From Oscillospiraceae bacterium (GTDB lineage: Bacteria; Bacillota; Clostridia; Oscillospirales; Oscillospiraceae): a stretch of DNA of 59,214 nucleotides. The stretch spans positions 1 through 59,214 of the forward strand of contig JAISIK010000001.1 in NCBI GenBank assembly GCA_031262065.1, read 5' to 3'. The translations under genes were made by a program, and so were the position numbers. This document shows positions 8,042-15,769 of the stretch, one piece after another (position 1 is the stretch's first letter; each line of letters begins with the position of its first letter). The notes under the pieces are model-generated. The model was not told the DNA's origin and made no database searches. It saw only the letters and a program-made list of their open reading frames with translations.

Positions 8042-8338
8042 TTACGCGAATTTCTCGAATTTACGCTGCCCGTCCACATCGACGGAGTCGATGATTGCGA
8101 TAATGCTCAAATCGACCGGCTTATTCTCCGTGATAACAGTCTGGCGGGAGGAACTGCCGCTGACAATCATCACAACCTCGCCCTCGCCCGCGCCGACCGC
8201 GTCGATAGCGACAAGCAGCCCGCCCTTTTCCTGCCAGGTTTCAATGTCGATGGGTTTGACGATCAGCAGCTTCAGCCCCAGGAGCTTTTCCGCCTTATTC
8301 GAGCTGACAACCGTGCCTTTTACAATTCCTAGTTGCAT
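8042..8338 (-). CDS. BMC vertex pentamer (EutN/CcmL family, BMC-P)
   Basis: GIVKGTVVSS.K, DAVGAGEGEVV, GSSSR, PVDLSIIAIID. Confidence 0.94.
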   Translation of the reverse strand: MQLGIVKGTVVSSNKAEKLLGLKLLIVKPIDIETWQEKGGLLVAIDAVGAGEGEVVMIVSGSSSRQTVITENKPVDLSIIAIIDSVDVDGQRKFEKFA

Positions 8339-9027
8339 AGCGTCTCTCCTTCATAGCGCACGATGACTTCCCTGCCCTGTAGGGCGTCTCGCGCAGCCGG
8401 TGTTATGATTGCGCCGCTTCGGCAAAGAATGGTTTTCTCTTTCGTCTGCGCCGCCTCAAGCACGTCAGCCTCGGTAACCAACTGCTTCTGCGTATCTTGC
8501 GGGCGGTCGCCCTCGAAGTAGGGGCAGATTGTCACCTGCATCTGCCGCAAGGTGTCAATTGCCGAAGCAACACCTTCCAAGAAGGTGTTTCGCAGGAAGC
8601 GCGGCGGGTCGAAATCCAGATACAGCCGTACGTCCTTCTTCCAGAGCACCGCGCGGATCATCAAATAGGCGGTGAAGTCCCGATCGTCGCCGACTGCAAT
8701 TTGGCGCAGAAGCTCCAATCGCGGCGCAAGCAAAATCACCGTCTTCGCCTGCGTAACACGCGCAAGAAGCCCCGCCTGCCCCAGTTCGGAAGCAGAAAGC
8801 AGCGCAGTATCCTGCAGCGAAAGCCCCTCCTGCATGCCCACCATCGTATACGCAGCGCCAAACTGCGCTTGCAAGGTCTGCAAAAGTTCCTTCTGATAGG
8901 CAATCGGCGCGCAGAGCAAAACCAGCGTCCGCTCGGGGTGCGTCTGCCGCGATTCCTCCAGCGCCACCCGCCGCATGACTTCCTCAACAATACACTGTGT
9001 TAACTTGTGCAACAACTCGTGATTCAT
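8329..9027 (-). CDS. BMC-associated protein of unknown function (possibly flavoprotein-like fold)
   Basis: In-operon 232-aa ORF. Amphipathic N-terminus LLHKLTQCIVEEVMRRV; C-terminal LVTEADV...IITPAARD segment of a type seen in BMC accessory proteins. Confidence 0.7.
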   Translation of the reverse strand: MNHELLHKLTQCIVEEVMRRVALEESRQTHPERTLVLLCAPIAYQKELLQTLQAQFGAAYTMVGMQEGLSLQDTALLSASELGQAGLLARVTQAKTVILLAPRLELLRQIAVGDDRDFTAYLMIRAVLWKKDVRLYLDFDPPRFLRNTFLEGVASAIDTLRQMQVTICPYFEGDRPQDTQKQLVTEADVLEAAQTKEKTILCRSGAIITPAARDALQGREVIVRYEGETLCN

Positions 9028-9031
9028 AATA

Positions 9032-9670
9032 TTAGGGTATAACCTCCATCATCGGCTGCCCTATCATGGCAATGGCATTTGCCTCGTCGGTGTCGATATG
9101 CACTTCCATATCGTGTCCGTCGCCACTGCGAACGACGACATTTTCAAATACAACCGCGCGCGCGCCCTGCGCCTGCAAACGCACGACCTGCTTATCGCGC
9201 AGCCCAAACTGCGCAGCCTGCTGCGCAGACAAGTGCAGATGCCTGGCTGCTGCAATCACGCCCTCGGAAATCGCAGCCTCGCCGGCAGGACCGACAAGCG
9301 TGCATCCCGGCGTTCCCGCCGTTTCCCCGGACATGCGCACGGGCACTTGGATGCCCAGCTTAAAGGAATCCGTCAGCGCAACTTCCACCTGCGTCGCCTT
9401 GCGCGCAGGGCCAAGCACACGCACCTTCTCGAGCGTGCCCTTCGGGCCGCGGATGTCCACCTGCTCGACGCAGGCATATTGCCCCGGCTGGTTCAGCGGA
9501 CGAAAAACCTGCAGCGCATAGCCCGCGCCGAAGAGCTTTTGCACATCTTCCCGGCACAAATGCACATGCCGCGCGGAAGTTGCAACCGGGACGAAAATCT
9601 TCCCCGTTTTCTCATAAGTCTCTTTGGAAACCGTCAGCTGCACCTGCCGCTGAATTTGATTCTTATCCAT
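9032..9670 (-). CDS. pduL: Phosphate acyltransferase (PduL-type phosphotransacylase)
   Basis: SARHVHL, PLNQPGQYA, VRVLGP.R..TQVEV, ARHLHL, HIDTDEANA. Confidence 0.95.
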   Translation of the reverse strand: MDKNQIQRQVQLTVSKETYEKTGKIFVPVATSARHVHLCREDVQKLFGAGYALQVFRPLNQPGQYACVEQVDIRGPKGTLEKVRVLGPARKATQVEVALTDSFKLGIQVPVRMSGETAGTPGCTLVGPAGEAAISEGVIAAARHLHLSAQQAAQFGLRDKQVVRLQAQGARAVVFENVVVRSGDGHDMEVHIDTDEANAIAMIGQPMMEVIP

Positions 9671-9682
9671 ACAAACGCTCCC

Positions 9683-10876
9683 TTACCTTTGCTGCAGGGT
9701 CTGCAATACCAGCCCTTCAAAGTAGGTCTTTGCCAAGATGGTCTTCACCTCGTCCGCCGTAGGCGTGACGATATTGGTGGCAGTTGCGGTGTCGAGCAAG
9801 GTGTGCTCCGCCAAAATATCTAAGTCGTCCATGCTGAACTTCGTTTCGCACAGCTTCGGGATTTGAATATCCGCAGCCAAGCTGCGCACCGCATCGATTG
9901 CCTTTTGCGACGCCTCGTGAGCCGACAGATGGTCGCAGGGTTCGCCCAGTGCCTGCGCGACGCGCGAGAGGCTGTCCATGCAGTGCGGACGGTTAAACTC
10001 CAGCACGCGCGGCAGCATGATGGCGTTGGCAAGCCCGTGCGGAATATTATAGTAGCCGCCGAGCTGGTGGGCAATGCCGTGCACCAAACCCAGCCCTGCA
10101 TTGGAAAAAGCAAGTCCCGCCATGTATTCCGCCCAGCACATGTCCGTGCGGGCGCGAATATTGCTCCCGTCGTTCACCGCATTGCGCAGCGACTGGGCAA
10201 CCAGCCGAATCGCCTGCAAGGCAAGCGCGTCGGTATAGGGTGTGTGTACATTACAAATATATGCCTCGATTGCGTGCGTCAGAGCATCCATTCCCGTTGC
10301 CGCGGTCAGCGCGGGCGGCATGCCGAGCATCAGCATAGGGTCGTCAATTGCCAAAAACGCCAAACAGTTGGTGTCCACCATGAGCATCTTGGTTTTGGTC
10401 TGCTCGTCCGTGACGACATAGGCGCGCGTGACCTCAGAGCCCGTGCCTGCCGTGGTGTTCACCGCGATAATGGCTGCGCCGTGCTTCTTGGATTTGTTCA
10501 CGCCGTTGTAGTCGCGAATATCGCCGCCGTTGGCGCAGAGGATGCTCACCGCCTTTGCAACATCGATCGGCGAGCCGCCGCCGATTGCAATGATGGCGTC
10601 GCAGCCGCTCGCGCGGTAAACCTCCAGCGCTGCCTCGACAATGCCGATGGTCGGATTCGGCAGGACGCCGTCAAAAAGCGCGTAGGGAACGCCCTCTCTT
10701 TGCAGCTCGTCTGTGATTTTTGCGACCGTGCCGATTTTCACCAGCCCCGCGTCCGTAACGACCAGCGCTTTCTTCGCACCGACTTTTCGCAAAAAGTACG
10801 GGATTTTGCTGATGCTGTCTTTGCCGATCAGCGTATGCCGCGGCGCATATAATTCAACGATTCCTTCGTTTCTCAT
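9683..10876 (-). CDS. Iron-containing alcohol dehydrogenase (PduQ/EutG-like)
   Basis: GGGSPID.AK, NTTAGTGSEVT, GMDALTHAIE, AFSNAGLGLVH..AH, HGLANA. Start MRNEGIV with a GGGAG RBS. Confidence 0.93.
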   Translation of the reverse strand: MRNEGIVELYAPRHTLIGKDSISKIPYFLRKVGAKKALVVTDAGLVKIGTVAKITDELQREGVPYALFDGVLPNPTIGIVEAALEVYRASGCDAIIAIGGGSPIDVAKAVSILCANGGDIRDYNGVNKSKKHGAAIIAVNTTAGTGSEVTRAYVVTDEQTKTKMLMVDTNCLAFLAIDDPMLMLGMPPALTAATGMDALTHAIEAYICNVHTPYTDALALQAIRLVAQSLRNAVNDGSNIRARTDMCWAEYMAGLAFSNAGLGLVHGIAHQLGGYYNIPHGLANAIMLPRVLEFNRPHCMDSLSRVAQALGEPCDHLSAHEASQKAIDAVRSLAADIQIPKLCETKFSMDDLDILAEHTLLDTATATNIVTPTADEVKTILAKTYFEGLVLQTLQQR

Positions 10877-10903
10877 GAATGTCTCCCAATTCGGCAGCCG
10901 CGC

Positions 10904-10923
10904 ATCGCTCAAAATCGCTCAAA
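10904..10923 (-). promoter_or_regulatory. Candidate DeoR-family operator in the BMC operon leader
   Basis: Exact tandem of TTTGAGCGAT x2 on the minus strand (10-bp period), between the putative promoter and the ADH RBS. Confidence 0.65.
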
Positions 10924-10950
10924 TCTAGCGGCAGCCTACTTCTTTCCCCT

Positions 10951-10979
10951 ATCATCCCACAGAATTGCTCTTCTGTCAA
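10951..10979 (-). promoter_or_regulatory. Putative sigma-A promoter of the BMC operon
   Basis: TTGACA-17 bp-GATGAT with a TGn extension; the -10 is imperfect. Confidence 0.45.
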
Positions 10980-11063
10980 GAATTGCAGCAAACTCTTTTT
11001 CCTTTTAGTACTATTCGCCAATTTTCATATGCCAAACCTGTACAATTTGTTCAGCAAGGATAG

Positions 11064-11104
11064 AAAACCGCACCGTTTACAGCGCAAATCTGCAAACGGT
11101 GCGG
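11064..11104 (-). terminator. Intrinsic terminator of the DeoR gene
   Basis: Minus strand CCGCACCGTTTGCAG-loop-CTGTAAACGGTGCGG followed by TTTT. Confidence 0.7.
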
Positions 11105-11110
11105 GAAAAT

Positions 11111-11130
11111 ATCGCTCAAAATCAATCATT
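11111..11130 (-). promoter_or_regulatory. Candidate distal DeoR operator
   Basis: ATCGCTCAAA plus degenerate ATCAATCATT on the plus strand; same 10-mer as at 10904. Confidence 0.5.
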
Positions 11131-11908
11131 CTACCGCTAAGGCAGTACAGGGAATCCCCTGTCGGGCATAGAAATCGGCAAATTTCTTCGGCATACCCTG
11201 CGTGGTAATCATGCGGCAAGCCTTATCCGCAGCAAAGACAGAGGCAAAGGCGCGGCGGTCGAACTTCGCGCTGTCTGCAAGAATATAGAAGCGGCGGGTC
11301 ATGCGGGAAAGCTGGGTATAGAGCCCTGTTTGATTTTTATCGTTGACGGTGTAGCCGCGCTCTAAATCGATGCCGTCCACGGTGATAAAGACTTTATCAA
11401 AATAATAGTTGCGCAGTGCCACATGGATATTGGGGTCGACCGTTTCGATAAAGTGCACGCCTGCATGCACATCCCCGCCGAGAAGAACCACAGTTACATT
11501 CGGGCAGTCCGCCAGCTCCAAAACCGCGGTGATACTTGTGGTAACCACCGTCAATCGCTCAACATCGCGCAAAAGGGATGCCAGCATATTGCAGGTTTTC
11601 CCCGCGCCGATAAACACAGACTCGCCCGCCACGACCTGCGACGCAGCCTCTTGCGCAATGCGCTGCTTTTCTTCGTCGATTTCCGAGGCGATCGCCGTGC
11701 CCTGCAAATAGCCCTTTTCTTCCTTGCACGCTATGCGCTGCAAGCCGCCATGCGTCCGCTGCGCCAGTCCCTTTTGGCGCATTTGCTCGAAATCGCGCCG
11801 CGTGGTGGCAATCGACGCCCCCGTCAACTCGCAGATTTCCGTGATGGCGGCGCTCCCGTGTTCCTGCAGATAGTCTGCAATGCGCTTTTCGCGTTCCCAT
11901 GCTTTCAT
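11126..11908 (-). CDS. DeoR/GlpR family transcriptional regulator
   Basis: N-terminal HTH (ASIATTRRDF...RTHGG) and DeoR C-terminal sensor domain (EKQRIA..A, FIGAGKT, VVTTS, LADSAKF). Start MKAWERE with a GGAGG RBS. Confidence 0.93.
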   Translation of the reverse strand: MKAWEREKRIADYLQEHGSAAITEICELTGASIATTRRDFEQMRQKGLAQRTHGGLQRIACKEEKGYLQGTAIASEIDEEKQRIAQEAASQVVAGESVFIGAGKTCNMLASLLRDVERLTVVTTSITAVLELADCPNVTVVLLGGDVHAGVHFIETVDPNIHVALRNYYFDKVFITVDGIDLERGYTVNDKNQTGLYTQLSRMTRRFYILADSAKFDRRAFASVFAADKACRMITTQGMPKKFADFYARQGIPCTALAVE

Positions 11909-11928
11909 TTTGAACACCTCCGAACAGT

Positions 11929-11980
11929 ATCGCTCATTTTCGCTCAAATTTATGTTACCACAACTGCACCCCCCTGTCAA
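11929..11980 (-). promoter_or_regulatory. deoR promoter with an adjacent autoregulatory operator
   Basis: TTGACA (11980-11975)-17 bp-TAACAT with TGn, followed by TTTGAGCGAA/AATGAGCGAT repeats at 11948-11929. Confidence 0.6.
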
Positions 11981-12050
11981 TACCCACAGCGGCAAATTTC
12001 CCGCTTTCCCGCCCCGTTTTACAAATTGCAACAAATTGCGCTGAAATGGA

Positions 12051-12079
12051 TTGCCAAGGACGGAAGAGTGTGCTACAAT
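12051..12079 (+). promoter_or_regulatory. Putative sigma-A promoter of pit
   Basis: TTGCCA-17 bp-TACAAT with an extended TG. Confidence 0.55.
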
Positions 12080-12112
12080 TGAAGCAATCTGCGCAAAAGA
12101 AGGGAGCACGCT

Positions 12113-13165
12113 ATGAAAGTTGAGTTATCAACCTTTGTACGCCTTGCGTTCAGCAATCCCATTGTGGCGGTTACCGCGCTGTTAACGCTCGCAGTCATTA
12201 TGGTTAACGGCTGGACCGATGCGCCGAATGCCATCGCCACCTGCGTATCCACGCGGGCTATGAAGGCTCGCGCAGCAATTATTATGGCTGCAATTTTCGA
12301 CTTCCTCGGCGTATTTATCATGACCTTGCTTGTCCCGCAGGTCGCGGCTACCATCTATAATATGGTCGATTTCTCCGGGCATCCCGGCGATGCAGTCACG
12401 GCTCTGTGCGCAGCGCTCATTGCCATTGTTGTTTGGGCGACTGCCGCGTGGAAATTCGGCATCCCCACAAGCGAAAGCCACGCCCTCATCGCAGGTCTTA
12501 CGGGCGCTGCGATTGCGCTGCACGGCGGGTTCGGCGGCGTCAACGGCGATGAGTGGATGAAGGTCGTCTACGGCTTGATTCTGTCTACTATTTTGGGCTT
12601 CGGCTCAGGTTTCGGCGCCACAAGGCTCATCGAGCGCATTTGCAAGAACATGGAGCGTGGCAAAACCACCGTCTTTTTCCGCCGCGCACAGATTGCGGGC
12701 GGCGCGTCCTTGGCGTTCATGCACGGCGCGCAGGACGGGCAAAAATTTATGGGCGTCTTCCTGCTGGGCACGTTTCTCGCAGCGGGAAATGACGGCGTCT
12801 CCAACTTTATCGTTCCGATTTGGCTCATGGCGCTGTGCTCCGCCGTTATGGCGCTCGGCACGTCCATCGGCGGCTACCGCATCATCAAATCGGTCGGCAT
12901 GGATATGGTGAAATTGCAGAGCTATCAGGGCTTTGCGGCGGATGCGGGCGCGGCATCGTGCCTGCTTCTGGCGTCGCTGACCGGCATTCCCGTGAGCACA
13001 ACGCACACGAAAACCACCGCCATTATGGGCGTGGGCGCATCGAAGCGCTTATCTGCAGTCAACTGGAGAATCGTGCGGGAGATGGTGCTTGCATGGGTGC
13101 TCACCTTCCCCGGCTGTGGGCTTCTGAGTTTCGCGATGGTCAAGCTATTTCTTGTGATTTTTTAG
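12113..13165 (+). CDS. Inorganic phosphate transporter, PiT family
   Basis: NGWTDAPNAIAT, PTSESHALI, HGAQDGQK and PVSTTH signature motifs; polytopic membrane protein. Confidence 0.93.
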   Translation: MKVELSTFVRLAFSNPIVAVTALLTLAVIMVNGWTDAPNAIATCVSTRAMKARAAIIMAAIFDFLGVFIMTLLVPQVAATIYNMVDFSGHPGDAVTALCAALIAIVVWATAAWKFGIPTSESHALIAGLTGAAIALHGGFGGVNGDEWMKVVYGLILSTILGFGSGFGATRLIERICKNMERGKTTVFFRRAQIAGGASLAFMHGAQDGQKFMGVFLLGTFLAAGNDGVSNFIVPIWLMALCSAVMALGTSIGGYRIIKSVGMDMVKLQSYQGFAADAGAASCLLLASLTGIPVSTTHTKTTAIMGVGASKRLSAVNWRIVREMVLAWVLTFPGCGLLSFAMVKLFLVIF

Positions 13166-13174
13166 GAGGTAACG

Positions 13175-13795
13175 ATGAAAAAGAAAGATTTTGATTATTT
13201 CGGCTACTTCTGCGCCGTTGCAGACAATGCCTGCAAGGCAGCGCTGTTTCTCGACGAGAGCCTGCGGCACTACAATTCGGAGAACTTCCCCAACGAGATG
13301 CGTGAAATGCATCGGCTGGAAAACGACAGCGACAGCCTCAAGCATGAAATGGTCACCCAGCTTCTCAAAGAGTTTATCGCCCCGATTGAGCGGGAAGATA
13401 TTCTCGCGCTGGCGCACCAGCTCGACAATGTTATCGACGCCATCGACAGCGCCATGCGCCATGTCTATATGTACCGCGTGGAGCAAATCCGCCCCGACGT
13501 TGCGGGCTTCACGGGGCTGATTGTGCAGTGCACGCAGTCGCTGCGCGAGTCTGTGGAGGAGTTTCGCAATTTCCGCAGCTCGAAAACCATCCGCGAGAAA
13601 ATCATTGCCGTAACTACGCTCGAGACGCAGGGCGACGATATGTATGCAGATTGCATCCGCACCCTCTTCGGCGAAGCCCCCGAGGCGCATGTTCTGTTCG
13701 GCTGGAACACGGTCTACGAGGAGCTGGAGTTTTGCCTCGATTCCTGCGACCACGCGGCGAGAATCATCGAAAGCGTCATGATGAAAAATTCCTAA
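13175..13795 (+). CDS. DUF47 (PhoU-like) phosphate transport regulator
   Basis: LENDSD..KHE, FIAPIEREDI, LETQGDD; typical partner downstream of pit. Confidence 0.9.
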   Translation: MKKKDFDYFGYFCAVADNACKAALFLDESLRHYNSENFPNEMREMHRLENDSDSLKHEMVTQLLKEFIAPIEREDILALAHQLDNVIDAIDSAMRHVYMYRVEQIRPDVAGFTGLIVQCTQSLRESVEEFRNFRSSKTIREKIIAVTTLETQGDDMYADCIRTLFGEAPEAHVLFGWNTVYEELEFCLDSCDHAARIIESVMMKNS

Positions 13796-13805
13796 AAAAT
13801 AAATT

Positions 13806-13844
13806 CGGCGGCATCGTAATCGATGCCGCCGCGTTTTTATTTTT
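13806..13844. terminator. Terminator between convergent genes
   Basis: CGGCGGCATCG-TAAT-CGATGCCGCCG followed by a T-rich run. Confidence 0.75.
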
Positions 13845-13847
13845 CGG

Positions 13848-15257
13848 TCAGTCTGCGTAGCCGGAGGTGTACAGGTCTTCGTAAATAATGCGGTACATGC
13901 GGTCGCTTGCGCGGCTGAGGTCGTAGACATAGTAGAACAGATCGTTCACCAAGCCGCCCCACCAATCGACCTGCCCTTCGGGGAAGAAATACTGTTCGAT
14001 GGTATAGTTGCCGCCCGCAACTTCAAGCATCATTTGCATCAGCTGATCAGTTTCAAACGAGGTGGTGCACATGCCCAGACAATCGCGCAGGAACTGCGGA
14101 TAACTGCCCAAGGGCATGGAACTCACGGAGGAGAACATGGACATAAGCACCTCCCGCTGCCTGCCGGTGCGGTTCTTGTCGCTGTCCGAGAAGTTGCTCT
14201 TGCGGATACGCGCATAACTCACGGCGGTTGCCCCGTCGAGGTGGTTCATACCGATCGTGACATCGGCAAAGCCGCGCATATAGCGCTGCTCGGATGCGTC
14301 AATTTCCACATCCACGCCGCCGATGTAATCCACAATCTGCGCCAACTGGTCGAAATTGACCGCTACATAGTCTTCCACATTCAAGAAATAGTTCGTGTTG
14401 ATTGTGCGCACTGCCATTTCCGCTTGCCCCCAGTGATAGGCATAGGTCAGCTTCGCATACATGCCCCATTCCGGGATTTTGACGTAGGAGTCGCGCGCGA
14501 TGGAGATAATTTTAATCTTCTTGTGTACGCGGTCAAGCGACACAAGCATAATGCTGTCGGAAGAACCCGCAGCGTCAAGCCCGAAGAGCAGGAAATTGCT
14601 TATTTTGTCCGATTCCGGGGAAAGATAGCTTTTTCCCGTAGGTTCGCCGGTATGAAACGCCTTCCGAGCGTCCTCCGGCATATCGTCGTTGGTCAGCAAG
14701 CTGCGCCGCACGACTTCCAGCTCCACATTCTCGTTGCCCTGCAATTTCAGCGCAATGTCCTCGAAATTCATCACTTGCTCGTCGCCCGTTTTTTTGCGGT
14801 TCAGCTCGCCGTCCTTTTCAATCTGCACGACGCCTAAGTCGTCTGCCGAGAGGTCTTGGAATCCGTTGTCAAAGATCATCGAGCCGAAAATATAGGCGTA
14901 TTCGTAAACCGCAGCCAAGCTCCCCAGCAGCATAAGCAGGGATAATGCAATGGCGGCAAATGTCGTTCCGCGCTTTCTGTAGCGCTTGCGAAAACCCAAA
15001 ATCGCTGTGAGAATCGACGCGGTTGCCGCCGCGCCCGCCAGAACGACTGCAATCTTGACAAAGCGAATGCTGCCGTCGCTGACCGACCCGCTCTTATAGC
15101 GAATCAAAAGATTCAGCCCGGATGCAAGAAGAATCGCGATTGCAGCCAAGGCGATACACAGCGCAACGAAGCCCTCCCTGCTGGGCTTTTTGGGTATCAC
15201 ACGATGCTGCGGTCTTTCCGGAATTTCCGGCTTTTGGGGTTCTTGCTGCTGTGTCAT
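13848..15257 (-). CDS. LCP (LytR-CpsA-Psr) family cell-wall glycopolymer transferase
   Basis: FLLFGLD...SDSIML, SIARDSYV, YARIRK, SD..RTGRQR; three N-terminal TM segments. Start MTQQQ with GGAGG. Confidence 0.9.
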   Translation of the reverse strand: MTQQQEPQKPEIPERPQHRVIPKKPSREGFVALCIALAAIAILLASGLNLLIRYKSGSVSDGSIRFVKIAVVLAGAAATASILTAILGFRKRYRKRGTTFAAIALSLLMLLGSLAAVYEYAYIFGSMIFDNGFQDLSADDLGVVQIEKDGELNRKKTGDEQVMNFEDIALKLQGNENVELEVVRRSLLTNDDMPEDARKAFHTGEPTGKSYLSPESDKISNFLLFGLDAAGSSDSIMLVSLDRVHKKIKIISIARDSYVKIPEWGMYAKLTYAYHWGQAEMAVRTINTNYFLNVEDYVAVNFDQLAQIVDYIGGVDVEIDASEQRYMRGFADVTIGMNHLDGATAVSYARIRKSNFSDSDKNRTGRQREVLMSMFSSVSSMPLGSYPQFLRDCLGMCTTSFETDQLMQMMLEVAGGNYTIEQYFFPEGQVDWWGGLVNDLFYYVYDLSRASDRMYRIIYEDLYTSGYAD

Positions 15258-15502
15258 ACTGTAGCCTCCCGAATTGTATCTTTTTGTACATAGGTTAGTA
15301 TAACACAGATTGTCGCGTTTTTCCATCTTTTTCGTTTTTTCTCCGTAATGAACGGCAAGGCTGTCAAAAAACAGCACGACCACAGGTTTCGGAGGCAAAG
15401 AAAACCGTCAGGGTTGTCTTTCGCGTTCCATAAAAACGGCTTGCAGCGCTTCCTGAAAGCCCTGCAAGCCTGATGCTGCTTATCCTAAAGTCGGATAAGT
15501 AG

Positions 15503-15530
15503 CGGCGGAAAGGCTTTTGCCTTTCCGCCG
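15503..15530. terminator. Hairpin terminator downstream of the small Cys-rich ORF
   Basis: CGGCGGAAAGGC-TTTT-GCCTTTCCGCCG. Confidence 0.6.
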
Positions 15531-15553
15531 TTAGGTAAGTTTAATCGCTACTA

Positions 15554-15697
15554 TTAGCCGCAGCCGCAGCCGTTGTTGCAGCCGCAGTCGCTGCCGCAGC
15601 TATTTCCGCAGCTGTTGCCACCGCAACCGCAGCAGAGGAGAAGGAGAATGATCAACATGCAGCTGTTGCAGCCACCAAACATATTATTGCAATTCAT
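15554..15697 (-). CDS. Small Cys/Gly-rich protein (47 aa, 12 Cys), possibly spore-associated; below the ORF-track cutoff
   Basis: Translates as MNCNNMFGGCNSCMLIILLLLCCGCGGNSCGNSCGSDCGCNNGCGCG*. Has an AGGAGG RBS, an upstream CATAACAT (sigE/K-like -10) and a downstream hairpin. Confidence 0.8.
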   Translation of the reverse strand: MNCNNMFGGCNSCMLIILLLLCCGCGGNSCGNSCGSDCGCNNGCGCG

Positions 15698-15769
15698 AAA
15701 AGGGAACCTCCTGTTAAAGTTATGAGCACCTTGCTCATTCCATGTTATGACGGAGGTCCGATTTGGTGA

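Noticed and set aside
11020-11040. TTGGCA as a possible sigma-54 -24 element for the BMC operon
   Set aside because: No correctly spaced TTGC -12 element, and no enhancer-binding protein in the locus.
875-11908. Assignment as a Pdu, Eut, GRM or PVM locus
   Set aside because: No diol dehydratase, ethanolamine ammonia-lyase, glycyl-radical enzyme/activase or class II aldolase. The only signature-type enzymes are DeoC-family.
15258-15500. Intergenic stretch with GGCTGTCAAAAA and several weak hairpins, possibly another IS-end remnant
   Set aside because: No convincing partner inverted repeat or target duplication could be identified by eye.
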